From Bacteroidaceae bacterium (lineage in GTDB: Bacteria > Bacteroidota > Bacteroidia > Bacteroidales > Bacteroidaceae): a stretch of DNA of 45,684 nt. Numbering within the stretch: position 1 is the stretch's first letter; each line of letters starts with the position of its first letter. The position numbers and the translations under genes are program-made. Below are positions 22,179 to 31,986 of the stretch, piece by piece. Where the stretch lies: NCBI GenBank assembly GCA_045111535.1, contig JBGUGM010000194.1, positions 1 through 45,684 on the forward strand, written 5' to 3'. The notes beneath the pieces are model-generated. The model saw only the letters and a list, made by a program, of their open reading frames with translations, was not told the DNA's origin and did not search any database.

Positions 22179-22979
22179 GTGATTTCGGATATCTTAGATA
22201 AAATAAGGCTTCTTTTCGTTTCCGAGAAGAAGCCTTTTTTACGACTCAAGTCCATCCTTGGGTTTTATCCGCGTGACATCAGGCTCTATCGCTTAGCCCT
22301 GATGCACAAATCTATGGCATATCACGAACAGGATCATCACTTCATCAACAACGAACGTCTGGAGTTTCTGGGTGATGCCATGCTGGGTGCCATTGTTGCC
22401 GACATCCTCTACAAGCATTATGGCAACAAGCAGGAGGGTTTTCTCACCACTTTACGAAGCAAGATTGTGTGCCGCAATTCATTAAATAGGCTCTCGCATG
22501 AGTTGGGCTTGGACAAACTCATTCGTCATGCAGGTGCTGTTACGACAGGTCATAACAGTTTCATGAGCGGCAATGCTTTCGAAGCGTTTGTGGGGGCCAT
22601 TTACCTTGATAGAGGTTACAAATACTGCTATCGTTTCATTGAGAACCAGGTGTTTGAGAAACACCTCGACATAGAGGACATTGCCAGGCAGGAGAAGAAC
22701 TTCAAGAGTGCCTTAATAGAATGGTGCCAGAAGTATCAGTATCGATTTGAATTCCAACAGAAAGAGTCGCGTGATGACAAAAACACCCCCGTCTTCCATT
22801 CCAGTGTGTTTGTCGAGGGTATTTCATGCGGAACAGGTGATGGTTACAGCAAGAAGGAGAGTGACCAGAATGCTGCTAAACAGGCACTCAAACGCATCAA
22901 ACATGACAAGGATTTACAGAACGGCATTAAGGGGGCAAGAGGGAAATGTGGTAGTGAAAAAGTGAAGAGGGAAAAGTGA
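22179..22979 (+). CDS. rnc: Ribonuclease III
   Basis: 266 aa (GTG start). RNase III signature NERLEFLGDAML and a C-terminal dsRBD (KSALIEWCQ...SKKESDQNAAKQAL). Confidence 0.9.
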   Translation: MISDILDKIRLLFVSEKKPFLRLKSILGFYPRDIRLYRLALMHKSMAYHEQDHHFINNERLEFLGDAMLGAIVADILYKHYGNKQEGFLTTLRSKIVCRNSLNRLSHELGLDKLIRHAGAVTTGHNSFMSGNAFEAFVGAIYLDRGYKYCYRFIENQVFEKHLDIEDIARQEKNFKSALIEWCQKYQYRFEFQQKESRDDKNTPVFHSSVFVEGISCGTGDGYSKKESDQNAAKQALKRIKHDKDLQNGIKGARGKCGSEKVKREK

Positions 22980-22997
22980 AAAATCCTATCGTTGACG

Positions 22998-23032
22998 AAA
23001 TTATCAATTGTCAATTGTCAATTATCCATTAA
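22998..23032 (+). repeat. 35-bp heptamer module (AAATTAT CAATTGT CAATTGT CAATTAT CCATTAA)
   Basis: Read directly from the sequence. Ends 8 nt before the -7 box at 23040. Confidence 0.8.
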
Positions 23033-23039
23033 AAAGTTG

Positions 23040-23047
23040 TACCTTTG
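23040..23047 (+). promoter_or_regulatory. -7 box (TAccTTTG) for GH3-family gene
   Basis: AAAAAGTTGTACCTTTGCACC, 20 nt upstream of the ATG at 23067. Confidence 0.6.
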
Positions 23048-23066
23048 CACCTAAATTCACATTCTC

Positions 23067-24593
23067 ATGAACACAACGGGTTTTCTAAATAAGATTTATT
23101 TCTCTCGAAGACAGAAGCAGTTAGAGAAATATGCCACTCACGCAAAGGACTTGCAACTCAAGATTTTCCGTCACCTCATTCGTCAGGGACAGAAGACCGA
23201 ATGGGGCGAAATGCATCAATATGACCAAATCACCTCTTATGAGCAGTTCTGTCAGCAGGTGCCTGTGAACACGTATGAAGAGTTGAAGACGTACATCCAG
23301 AAGATGCGTGAGGGTCAGGCAGATATTCTTTGGCCAGGCGTGGTGCGTTGGTATGCTAAATCTTCTGGCACTACCAACGATAAAAGCAAGTTTATCCCTG
23401 TTAGTGGCGAAGGACTGAAGAATATCCATTATCGTGGTGGCATTGATAGCATTGTCAGTTATCTGCACATCAATCCTAAGAGTAAATTCTTCTCAGGCAA
23501 GAGCCTCATTCTTGGAGGTAGCCATTCGCCTAACCTCAATACACCCAACAGTCTAGTGGGTGACCTCAGTGCCATCCTCATTGAGAACATTCCTTCTGCT
23601 GCGAAGATTATCCGTGTGCCGAAGAAGAAGATTGCCCTGTTGAGCGACTTTGAGGAGAAGCGTGACAAGATAGCCCGTGCAGCGATGGACATGAACATCA
23701 CCAACATCAGTGGTGTGCCTTCATGGATGCTTAGTGTCCTGAATCGTGTGTTGGAATTGAAAGGTGTTGACCGCCTTGACGACGTGTGGCCCAATCTGGA
23801 GGTGTTCTTCCATGGCGGTGTGGCATTCACCCCTTATCGTGAGCAGTACAAGAACATCATTGGGCTGCCCAACATGCACTATATGGAGACTTACAATGCC
23901 AGTGAGGGCTTCTTTGGCTTGCAGAATGACCTCTCCGACCCCAATATGCTTTTGATGATTGACTATGGCATCTTCTACGAGTTTTGTGCAATGGAGAACC
24001 TTGATGAGAATGGTCGTCCTATTGACGAGAGCAAAATTGTGCCACTCTGGGAGGTGGAGCCTGGGGTCAACTACGCCATGATTATCAGCACCAATTGCGG
24101 ACTCTGGCGTTATCTCATTGGTGACACGGTGAAGTTCTCGCAGAAAGACCCTTACAAGTTCTGCATCACGGGACGTACCAAGCACTTCATCAACGCTTTT
24201 GGTGAGGAACTGATTGTTGATAATGCTGAGAAAGGACTCCTTCAGGCATGTGTGGCAACAGGTGCGCAGGTGAAGGACTACACAGTAGCCCCCATCTTCA
24301 TGGACAGCAATGCCAAGTGCCGTCACCAGTGGATGATTGAATTTGCCAAGGAACCTGCTTCTGTGAAAGAATTTGGCACGATTCTTGACCGCTCGCTTCA
24401 AGCCATCAATTCCGACTATGAAGCCAAGCGTCACAAAGACATCACCTTGCAACCCCTCGAAATTATCGTTGCCAAGCCAGGACTCTTCGATGAATGGCTC
24501 AAGAGCAAGGGTAAACTCGGTGGGCAACATAAGATACCACGCCTGAGCAACTCGCGTCAATGCATCGAGGAACTCATCCAGATGAATCAATGA
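23067..24593 (+). CDS. GH3 (auxin-responsive promoter) family acyl-adenylate-forming enzyme homologue
   Basis: 508 aa. WPGVVRWYAKSSGTTNDKSKFIPVS and the overall length match the bacterial GH3-family proteins common in Bacteroidota. This is not glycoside hydrolase family 3. Confidence 0.8.
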   Translation: MNTTGFLNKIYFSRRQKQLEKYATHAKDLQLKIFRHLIRQGQKTEWGEMHQYDQITSYEQFCQQVPVNTYEELKTYIQKMREGQADILWPGVVRWYAKSSGTTNDKSKFIPVSGEGLKNIHYRGGIDSIVSYLHINPKSKFFSGKSLILGGSHSPNLNTPNSLVGDLSAILIENIPSAAKIIRVPKKKIALLSDFEEKRDKIARAAMDMNITNISGVPSWMLSVLNRVLELKGVDRLDDVWPNLEVFFHGGVAFTPYREQYKNIIGLPNMHYMETYNASEGFFGLQNDLSDPNMLLMIDYGIFYEFCAMENLDENGRPIDESKIVPLWEVEPGVNYAMIISTNCGLWRYLIGDTVKFSQKDPYKFCITGRTKHFINAFGEELIVDNAEKGLLQACVATGAQVKDYTVAPIFMDSNAKCRHQWMIEFAKEPASVKEFGTILDRSLQAINSDYEAKRHKDITLQPLEIIVAKPGLFDEWLKSKGKLGGQHKIPRLSNSRQCIEELIQMNQ

Positions 24594-26626
24594 AACGTGT
24601 CTCATTTTATACTCTTCACATCTTGATAATAGCAGCATTCCTGCTGCTATTTTGGGCTTGTGCCCGCATCGGTTCTCCCGATGGTGGTCCCTACGACGAG
24701 ACACCTCCCAAGGTGGTGCATACTTCACCCAAGTTTGGTGCCACGAACGAAACGAATGTGAAGAGGATAACGATTGAGTTTGACGAGATTGTGAAAGTGG
24801 ACAACCCTTCAGAGAGGGTGGTCATCTCGCCTCCACAGATTCAGCAACCAGAGATTGAAGCCAACGGAAGACGCATCACCATCTCTCTGTTCGATTCCCT
24901 CCAATCCGACATGACTTACACCATCGACTTTGCTGATGCCATTGTCGATAACAACGAGGGCAACCCTTATGGAGACTATGCCTTCACCTTCTCTACGGGC
25001 GAGAAGGTGGACACCTTCCAAATGTCGGGTCATGTGTTGGATGCGGAGAATTTGGAGCCTATCAAGGGTATGCTCGTGGGACTTTATAAGATTGACAGTT
25101 TGCAGTCAACAGCAGATTCCCTCTTCCGTGCAAAGCCTTTTGAACGCATTTCCCGTACAGACAGTCGTGGACACTTTGTGGTTAAGGGGCTCTCAGAAGG
25201 GCAGTACCGTGCTTTTGCCCTTAAAGACCTCAACCAGAACTACATCTATGACCAGCGTGCCGAGATGATGGCATTCTCTGACCGCATCCTCAGCACGTCC
25301 AGTCGTCCCGACATCCGTCCTGATACGATTTGGCATGATAGCATCCACTACGATTCTATCGTCTATACCCCCTATACGCATTATTACCCTGATGACATCA
25401 TCTTGACAGCCTTCACGTCTGCCAAGCAAGACCGCCATCTGCTTAAGAGTGAACGTCCTATCCTTCAGCAGTTCTCTCTCTATTTCACAGCAGGTAGCGA
25501 CACCCTGCCACGTCTCACGGGACTTAATTTCAACAGCGAAGGGGCTTTTGTCATCGATGCCAGTCGCCACAACGACTCTATCGATTACTGGATTAGGGAC
25601 TCTCTCATCTACAATCTTGACACCCTGCAGGTGCAAATTGACTTCTTCGAGACAGACACCACAGGCAACTATTCCATCACTACGGACACTCTTCGTCTTG
25701 TGTCCAAACTCAGCAAGGAGCGTATTGCTCGTGACTTGCAGATGCGTATGGAGGAATGGGCAAAGGAATACAAGCAGCAATTGAAGGCAGAACGTCGTGC
25801 TGCAGAGCGGGCTGCGAGAGAGGAAGGACAAGAAGAAAGCAAACAAGAGAAGCGGAAGAAAAAGAAGGATGATGATGACATCGAGATACCACCATTGCCT
25901 GAGGAGTTTCTCACCTACAAGATGAGCAGCCTCACATCAATGGATCCTGACAAGAACATTGACTTCACTTTCGAAGAACCTCTCGATACCGTTGACCTCT
26001 CCAAAATCCACTTCAGTATGAAGTCGGACACCCTCTATGTGCCTGCCAAGTTCCTCTTCCGACAGGTGCCAGGAAAACTCAAAACCTATCGACTCTATGC
26101 TGAGTGGGAAGCGGACTCCACCTATCAAGTGGAGATAGATACAGGGGCATTCGTCAACATCTACGGCAAGCGTTGCGAAGCCATGAAGCGTTCCATCCGT
26201 ATGCGTTCCCTCGATTCCTATTCCACCCTCTTCGTGGTGTTACAGGGAGGTTGGAACGATGCTGTGGTACAATTGATGTCCAGTGCAGACAAGGTGGTTA
26301 AGACCATCAAGGCAACCAACGGACATGCTGACTTCTACTTCCTCACGCCAGGTACTTACTACTTGCGTATGTTCCGTGACCTCAATGGTAATGGCGAATG
26401 GGACACAGGCGACTATGACCAGTTCCTCCAACCTGAGCCCGTCTATTATTATCCTTCCGAACTCGCTCTCAAGGCACAATGGGAAATCACCCAAGACTGG
26501 AACCCCACCGCTCTTCTTTTGGCAAAGCAGAAGCCTCAGAAGATTACCAAGCAGAAGCCTGACAAGGAGAAGGCCATCAAGAGTCGGAACGCTGAACGTG
26601 CCCTCAAGAAGGGGATAAAAAATTAA
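24590..26626 (+). CDS. Ig-like domain lipoprotein
   Basis: 678 aa from the ATG at 24590 (ATGA overlap with the upstream stop). Lipobox LLLFWAC, then GSPDGGPYDETPPKVV, typical of Bacteroidota Ig-like (SbsA-type) lipoproteins. K/E-rich segment near residues 405-445. Confidence 0.7.
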   Translation: MKRVSFYTLHILIIAAFLLLFWACARIGSPDGGPYDETPPKVVHTSPKFGATNETNVKRITIEFDEIVKVDNPSERVVISPPQIQQPEIEANGRRITISLFDSLQSDMTYTIDFADAIVDNNEGNPYGDYAFTFSTGEKVDTFQMSGHVLDAENLEPIKGMLVGLYKIDSLQSTADSLFRAKPFERISRTDSRGHFVVKGLSEGQYRAFALKDLNQNYIYDQRAEMMAFSDRILSTSSRPDIRPDTIWHDSIHYDSIVYTPYTHYYPDDIILTAFTSAKQDRHLLKSERPILQQFSLYFTAGSDTLPRLTGLNFNSEGAFVIDASRHNDSIDYWIRDSLIYNLDTLQVQIDFFETDTTGNYSITTDTLRLVSKLSKERIARDLQMRMEEWAKEYKQQLKAERRAAERAAREEGQEESKQEKRKKKKDDDDIEIPPLPEEFLTYKMSSLTSMDPDKNIDFTFEEPLDTVDLSKIHFSMKSDTLYVPAKFLFRQVPGKLKTYRLYAEWEADSTYQVEIDTGAFVNIYGKRCEAMKRSIRMRSLDSYSTLFVVLQGGWNDAVVQLMSSADKVVKTIKATNGHADFYFLTPGTYYLRMFRDLNGNGEWDTGDYDQFLQPEPVYYYPSELALKAQWEITQDWNPTALLLAKQKPQKITKQKPDKEKAIKSRNAERALKKGIKN

Positions 26627-26696
26627 GAAGCGTGATCGCAACCACCCCAGCATCATCTCATGGAGTATTGGTAATGAAGTTATTGAGTGCAAGTAA
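26619..26696 (+). pseudogene. Relic fragment of a GH2 beta-galactosidase-type gene
   Basis: 25-codon open stretch translating KIKKRDRNHPSIISWSIGNEVIECK*. It contains the RDRNHPS(I/V)IxWSxGNE block around the GH2 acid/base Glu. Bounded by stops, with no start codon. Confidence 0.6.
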
Positions 26697-26718
26697 ATGA
26701 AAGTAAGAAAATAGAATA

Positions 26719-26744
26719 GGGCGGAACATATGAGTGTTCCGCCC
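26719..26744. terminator. Bidirectional hairpin between lipoprotein gene and tyrS
   Basis: 10-bp perfect stem GGGCGGAACA / TGTTCCGCCC with a 6-nt loop, followed by TTCTT. Lies between convergent genes. Confidence 0.7.
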
Positions 26745-26770
26745 TTCTTGATAGTATAAACTTTGAGTTA

Positions 26771-28066
26771 TTACTTAGCAATCACAAGGCTGTACTTCTT
26801 CTTACCCTGTTGCACGAGGAGGTACTTGCCATCGAGGAGATCTGCTGTGGTGAGCACTTGGTCAGGAGCAGTTGCCTTGTCCTTGTTGATGCTCACGCCA
26901 CCACCTTTGACGAGGGTCTTCACTTCACCCTTGCTGGGGAAGATCTGTGCAGCATCCACCGTTAGATCAGCGAGTTTCACACCTGCTTCGAAGAGACTCT
27001 TCTCCACTTCGAACTTAGGCACACCAGCAAAGACATCGAGCAGAGTCTGCTCATCGAGTTTCAGGAGGCTCTCCTTCGTGGATTTGCCGAAGAGGATGTT
27101 AGATGCCTCGACAGCCATATCGTAGTCCTCACGAGAGTGTACCATGACAGTCACTTCCTCTGCCAGTTTCTTCTGGAGCACACGACGACCAGGGTCTGTC
27201 TTGTGCTCAGCGATGATAGAATCAATCTCTTCCTTCTCCAACGATGTGAATATCTTGATGTATCGTTCGGCGTCCTCATCAGGCACATTGAGCCAGAACT
27301 GGTAGAACTGGTAGGGAGAGGTGCGGGTGCGGTCAAGCCACACGTTACCGCTCTCTGTCTTGCCGAACTTGCGACCATCACTCTTAGTGACGAGAGGGCA
27401 GGTGAGGGCAAAGCACTCATTGCCATTCATACGACGAATCAGTTCAGAACCAGTGGTGATGTTACCCCATTGATCGGCACCACCTAACTGCAACTTGCAA
27501 CCTTTATGTTCGTTGAGGTAGTAGAAATCGTAACCTTGCAGCAACTGGTAGGTGAACTCCGTGAAACTCAATCCGTCACGTGCCTCACCATTGAGACGCT
27601 TCTGCACAGACTCCTTTGCCATCATGTAGTTGACGGTGATGTGCTTACCGATGTCACGAACGAAGGCAAGGAACGTGAAGTCCTTCATCCAGTCGTAGTT
27701 GTTGACGAGTTCAGCACGGTTTGGCGCATCGCTCTCGAAATCAAGGAAATGAGAGAGTTGCTTCTTGATGCAGGCAACATTGTGGCGCAGGGTCTCTTCA
27801 TCGAGAAGGTTACGTTCCTGGCTCTTGCCTGAAGGGTCACCAATCATACCTGTGGCACCTCCGATGAGGGCGAGGGGCTTGTGACCGCAACGCTGGAAAT
27901 GACGGAGCATCATCACACCGCAGAGGTGTCCGATGTGGAGAGAGTCGGCAGTGGGGTCAATGCCGAGGTAAGCAGTCACCTGCTCCTTCTTGAGCAGTTC
28001 ATCCGTGCCGGGCATCATCTGGTGTATCATCCCACGCCATGTGAGTTCTTGTACGAAATCTTTCAT
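26771..28066 (-). CDS. tyrS: Tyrosine--tRNA ligase
   Basis: 431 aa. Class I motifs HIGH variant (SLHIGHL) and KFGKT (KMSKS-type), plus a C-terminal S4-like domain. Confidence 0.95.
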   Translation of the reverse strand: MKDFVQELTWRGMIHQMMPGTDELLKKEQVTAYLGIDPTADSLHIGHLCGVMMLRHFQRCGHKPLALIGGATGMIGDPSGKSQERNLLDEETLRHNVACIKKQLSHFLDFESDAPNRAELVNNYDWMKDFTFLAFVRDIGKHITVNYMMAKESVQKRLNGEARDGLSFTEFTYQLLQGYDFYYLNEHKGCKLQLGGADQWGNITTGSELIRRMNGNECFALTCPLVTKSDGRKFGKTESGNVWLDRTRTSPYQFYQFWLNVPDEDAERYIKIFTSLEKEEIDSIIAEHKTDPGRRVLQKKLAEEVTVMVHSREDYDMAVEASNILFGKSTKESLLKLDEQTLLDVFAGVPKFEVEKSLFEAGVKLADLTVDAAQIFPSKGEVKTLVKGGGVSINKDKATAPDQVLTTADLLDGKYLLVQQGKKKYSLVIAK

Positions 28067-28109
28067 GTATGTAGTAGTTTTAGTTTTTTAGTTTTTACCT
28101 TTTGAAGTG

Positions 28110-28117
28110 CAAAGGTA
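28110..28117 (-). promoter_or_regulatory. -7 box (TAccTTTG) for tyrS
   Basis: Reverse strand reads GCACTACCTTTGCAC, 44 nt upstream of tyrS. Confidence 0.6.
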
Positions 28118-28242
28118 GTGCAAATCGAGCGAAGTACCAAATTTATTTGAGTATTTCCGAGATGCAGCCTACTTTCGGCGAAGCCAACTATACGATTCAG
28201 TGATTTTAAGTGAAAAAATTTTTGTTCGTCAAATATTTTCCA

Positions 28243-28250
28243 TATCTTTG
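28243..28250 (+). promoter_or_regulatory. -7 box (TAtcTTTG) for arabinofuranosidase gene
   Basis: TAnnTTTG match 41 nt upstream of the ATG at 28291. Confidence 0.5.
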
Positions 28251-28290
28251 TACCCAAATTTTCATAACCAATACAAAAACTTAGTAACTT

Positions 28291-30288
28291 ATGTCATTTA
28301 GAAACATCATGCAAGCCGTTGCGCTTGCAGCATTCTTGGGAGCACCGTTGACTGCTTCGGCTCAGAAGGTGAAGGCTCCCGCAGGTGGTAAGAAAATCAG
28401 TAAGGAACTCATCGGTATCTTCTTCGAGGACATCAGTTATTCTGCTGATGGTGGCCTCTATGCAGAGTTGATTGAGAATGGTTCGTTCGAGTACAATCCC
28501 AACGAGCGTGATGGTTGGGGACCTGGCACTTCTTGGAAGACGGCACGTCCTGGTCACTCTCTGGGTATGTTGGAGGTACGTATGGACAATCCCCTCAATG
28601 CCAACAACCCCACTTACATGCGTCTGCACACTGAGCGTGTGAAGGAATACTATGACTATGCAGGTTGGAAGGGCTTTGGCTTGGAGAATGATGGCTTTGA
28701 TGGCATCACTGTGAAGGCAGGTGCCAAGTATGATTTCTCTGTATTTTTCCGCAACTTTGGTGAAGCCAAGCAGGTACGTGTTGTGCTGGCTGCCCCTGGT
28801 GGTTGGGGTCAGAACCCCAAGGTGTTGGCAGAGACCACACTTAACGTGAGCGATACTTCTTGGAAGAAGTACGAGGCTACGCTGACTGCATCTGAGGACT
28901 GTGCCAATGGTATCTTGCAGGTGCTGGTGCTGAATCAGGGCGACTTGGATATTGATATGGTATCTCTCATGCCACAGGACACTTACAAGGGTCATGGTCT
29001 GCGTAAGGACTTGGCAGAGGCACTGGCAGGTCTGGAGCCTAAGTTCATGCGCTTCCCTGGTGGTTGCGTGGTACATGGTGGTGGTGACGGTTTCTGGGAC
29101 ACCTACCGTTGGAAGACTACCATTGGTCCTAAGGAGCAGCGTCGTGGTTTGAAGAACACATGGGGTTATCACCAGTCCATGGGTCTTGGTTACTATGAGT
29201 ACTTCCAGTTCTGCGAAGACCTCGGCATGGAGCCACTTCCTATCCTTCCTTGCGGTGTGAACTGTCAGGGTACGAATGGTGGTTGGAGCATGCGCACTCA
29301 GGCTCAGGACTTCGTGCCTATGAGTGAGATGGACGAGTGGGTGAGTGAAGCCCTTGACCTCATCGAGTGGGCAAATGGCGATCCTGCTACCAGCAAGTGG
29401 GCAAAGATGCGTGCAGACGCAGGCCACCCTGCTCCTTTCAACCTCAAGTATCTGGGTCTCGGTAACGAGGAGAAGATTACGAAGGAATTTGAAGAGCGTT
29501 TCAAGTATATATATGAACGTGTACGTGCGAAATATCCTAACATCGTGATTGTCGGCACAGCAGGTCCTGGTTCTCACAAGGGCAATCCTGACTTTGAGAA
29601 TGGCTGGAGAATCGCTGACGAGACAGGTGTGGACATCCTCGATGAGCACTACTACGAGCCTCGCAACTACTTCCTCGACAACCAGGCAAACTACGACAAC
29701 TACCCACGTGACCGCAAGACCAAGGTGTATCTCGGTGAGTATGCTGCCAAGGACAAGAAGTTGGCTGATGCCCTCTACGAGGGTCTTTACCTCTTGGGTG
29801 TTGAAAAGAATGGTGATGTGGTGGCTATGACCAGTTATGCACCTCTCTTCTGCAAGAAGAACCACGAGAGTTGGAACCCAGACCTCATCTACTTCGACAA
29901 TGAGAAAGTCATCCTCACTTGCAGTTACTACGTGCAGCAGATGTTTGGTACTACAGCCGGTGACTACTACTATGGCGATGTGGCTAAGTTCGAGGGTGGT
30001 GACAAGTATCAGGGCACTTCTGCTGTGCTCAACACCGAGAAGGGTGAACTCTACGTTAAACTCATCAATGCATCTGAGCAGGCAAAGACTGCTACGATTG
30101 ACCTGAGCAAGTTCAAGGTTCCTGCAGTGGCTCCTATGACCACCATCAGCAATGCATCCATTGAGGCAGAGAACAACTTCGACGCTCAGCCAGTGGTTCC
30201 TCAGACCAAGGACATCAAGATTTCCAAGAAGATGAACCTCACCGTTGAGCCTTATTCTGCTAACGTGATTCGTCTGAAAGTGAAATAA
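28291..30288 (+). CDS. Alpha-L-arabinofuranosidase (GH51-like), secreted
   Basis: 665 aa with a signal peptide (AAFLGAPLTASAQ). N-terminal GIFFEDISYSADGGLYAELIENGSFEY block, (beta/alpha)8 core with LGLGNEE, and a C-terminal beta-sandwich. Confidence 0.8.
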   Translation: MSFRNIMQAVALAAFLGAPLTASAQKVKAPAGGKKISKELIGIFFEDISYSADGGLYAELIENGSFEYNPNERDGWGPGTSWKTARPGHSLGMLEVRMDNPLNANNPTYMRLHTERVKEYYDYAGWKGFGLENDGFDGITVKAGAKYDFSVFFRNFGEAKQVRVVLAAPGGWGQNPKVLAETTLNVSDTSWKKYEATLTASEDCANGILQVLVLNQGDLDIDMVSLMPQDTYKGHGLRKDLAEALAGLEPKFMRFPGGCVVHGGGDGFWDTYRWKTTIGPKEQRRGLKNTWGYHQSMGLGYYEYFQFCEDLGMEPLPILPCGVNCQGTNGGWSMRTQAQDFVPMSEMDEWVSEALDLIEWANGDPATSKWAKMRADAGHPAPFNLKYLGLGNEEKITKEFEERFKYIYERVRAKYPNIVIVGTAGPGSHKGNPDFENGWRIADETGVDILDEHYYEPRNYFLDNQANYDNYPRDRKTKVYLGEYAAKDKKLADALYEGLYLLGVEKNGDVVAMTSYAPLFCKKNHESWNPDLIYFDNEKVILTCSYYVQQMFGTTAGDYYYGDVAKFEGGDKYQGTSAVLNTEKGELYVKLINASEQAKTATIDLSKFKVPAVAPMTTISNASIEAENNFDAQPVVPQTKDIKISKKMNLTVEPYSANVIRLKVK

Positions 30289-30306
30289 AGTGAAGTGAAA
30301 AAAGGG

Positions 30307-30342
30307 AAATGCACAATTGGCTTACGGGTCAATTGTGCATTT
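30307..30342 (+). terminator. Intrinsic terminator after arabinofuranosidase gene
   Basis: 13-bp perfect stem AAATGCACAATTG / CAATTGTGCATTT with a 10-nt loop, followed by a T-run. Confidence 0.8.
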
Positions 30343-30422
30343 TTTTATTTGTTTTGTGCATTTTTTTCATCTTTACCCTATTTTTTTCATCAAAATCTTT
30401 GTTAATCTCCGAAGAAAACCCG

Positions 30423-30430
30423 TATATTTG
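30423..30430 (+). promoter_or_regulatory. -7 box (TAtaTTTG) for sensor gene pair
   Basis: TAnnTTTG match 69 nt upstream of the TTG start at 30499. Confidence 0.45.
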
Positions 30431-30498
30431 CATTTCAAAACAGTTAAAAACAGAAGAAACCATCAACCTTTGATTGATTTTTGAAATTATAGAAGACC

Positions 30499-31986
30499 TT
30501 GACTCGATTTGTTCAATACATCCGTAGGACGCTCTCCACACGAATCAGTTTGTGGGTATTGCTGTCGGTGACCCTCCTTTTGGTGGTTGCCCTCGTGGTG
30601 ATGTTCCACTATTCCCACAATGCCATCGAGAAAGAGTCTTTGGCTAAGGCAGAGCAGATGCTGAACGGCAAGGTGAAGTACATCGAGAACCAGATGCACC
30701 GTCTGGAGGTGGCGACGAGGAATATGCACTGGAACGTGGAGCGCCACTTGGATGATCCCGATGCGATGGAAATCTATTGTTCGGAGATGGTCATGAACAA
30801 TCCGAACGTTGTGGGTTGTGCCATTGCCTTTGCACCGAATTTCTATCCAGAGAAGGGTGAGTTCTACACCACCTATGTTTATCGTGATGAAGAGGAGAGT
30901 GACTTCGTGATGATGACGCACGACCCGTTTGTCATTGAACCAGACCTTTATGCAGATGTACCTTATGTGGGTGTGAACTGGTACAACATTCCGATGAATG
31001 TGAACACCCTTTGCTGGGTGAGACCCCATGCTCCGAACGACACCATCAACTCAACCATTATCACGTGCTGTATGCCTATCCACGACAAGACAGGCAGGCC
31101 CGTGGGAGTCATAGCAACAGATGTGTCAGTGGAATGGTTGTCACGCACCATTCTCCGTGAACAGCCCTTCCCGAACTCCTATTGCATGATGCTGGGTGTG
31201 CAAGGCACCTACATCATTCACCCCGACAGCACCTACCTCTATCACAAGTTGGTGACTATAGAGACAGAGAAAGAGAAAGACCCAGAAGTGCATAAGATGG
31301 TGGAATCCATGCTGGCTGGTGAGGATGGTTGCCGTGCTGTGAATTTCGAGGGGAAAGACTGCTTTGTGCTCTACAAAGCCTTGAACAATGGACGTTGGAG
31401 TGCCTGCATGGTTTGTCCTGAGAGTGACATCTTCTCAGCCAACAAGCGTCAGCAAATCTACATGGTTCTCGTCACGTTGTTGGCTATCGGACTGATTGTC
31501 TGCTTCTGCTTCTACTTCGTCAAGAAGCAGTTAGACCCGCTGAACATGTTGGCAAACTCCGTAAAGCGCATCACTGACGGCAACTACAACACCCAGATAC
31601 CTTCCACCAACAGAGTGGACGAAGTCGGCATCCTGCAAAACAACTTCGGTGCGATGCAGACCTCCTTGTCACGTCATATCCAGAAAATCAGCAAACTGTC
31701 TGACGTTCTGCAAGAGCGCAACGAAGAACTGGCTGAAATCAATGCCCGTGTGAAGGAAGCAGACGACATGAAGATGAAACTCATCCATAAAATTGCCGAC
31801 AAGATGATTCTGCCTATCAAGGAAATTGATGGTGTGGTTGCCACTTTGGATGAGCAGCGTTCGAACCTGAAGAAGGAAGACCTTCAAACCATGTCCGAGC
31901 AGATGATGAGTAACACCAAGGCTGTCACAGATTTGTTAGACCAGATGTTGAACATCCCCAAGAAGAAAAAGAAGAAGACCTCATGA
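30499..31986 (+). CDS. Cache-HAMP-DHp sensor protein lacking a kinase catalytic (HATPase) domain
   Basis: 495 aa. TTG is the only start candidate after the in-frame stop at 30490. Order is TM1, periplasmic Cache-like domain, TM2, HAMP (DPLNMLANSVKRITDGNY...VDEVGILQNNFGAMQ), coiled coil and H-box-like KLIHKIADKMILPIKEI. It ends in PKKKKKKTS without N/G boxes. Confidence 0.7.
   Translation: MTRFVQYIRRTLSTRISLWVLLSVTLLLVVALVVMFHYSHNAIEKESLAKAEQMLNGKVKYIENQMHRLEVATRNMHWNVERHLDDPDAMEIYCSEMVMNNPNVVGCAIAFAPNFYPEKGEFYTTYVYRDEEESDFVMMTHDPFVIEPDLYADVPYVGVNWYNIPMNVNTLCWVRPHAPNDTINSTIITCCMPIHDKTGRPVGVIATDVSVEWLSRTILREQPFPNSYCMMLGVQGTYIIHPDSTYLYHKLVTIETEKEKDPEVHKMVESMLAGEDGCRAVNFEGKDCFVLYKALNNGRWSACMVCPESDIFSANKRQQIYMVLVTLLAIGLIVCFCFYFVKKQLDPLNMLANSVKRITDGNYNTQIPSTNRVDEVGILQNNFGAMQTSLSRHIQKISKLSDVLQERNEELAEINARVKEADDMKMKLIHKIADKMILPIKEIDGVVATLDEQRSNLKKEDLQTMSEQMMSNTKAVTDLLDQMLNIPKKKKKKTS

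Noticed and set aside
24560-24589. Upstream start for the Ig-like lipoprotein, and similar track starts at 18475 (rpsO) and 40035 (LRR gene, TTG)
   Set aside because: The internal ATGs (24590, 18436, 40029) give canonical N-termini: a lipoprotein signal, the S15 MYLDS start and a signal peptide. They also give sensible spacing.
28071-28104. Irregular AGTTTT(T) repeats in the tyrS 5' leader region
   Set aside because: The period wobbles (6/8/7 nt) and the tract is mostly poly-T. It is too irregular to group confidently with the 35-bp heptamer modules.
28294-29865. 523-aa ORF antisense to the arabinofuranosidase gene
   Set aside because: Shadow frame with no start context, promoter or motifs. 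The sense strand has a signal peptide and glycosidase blocks.
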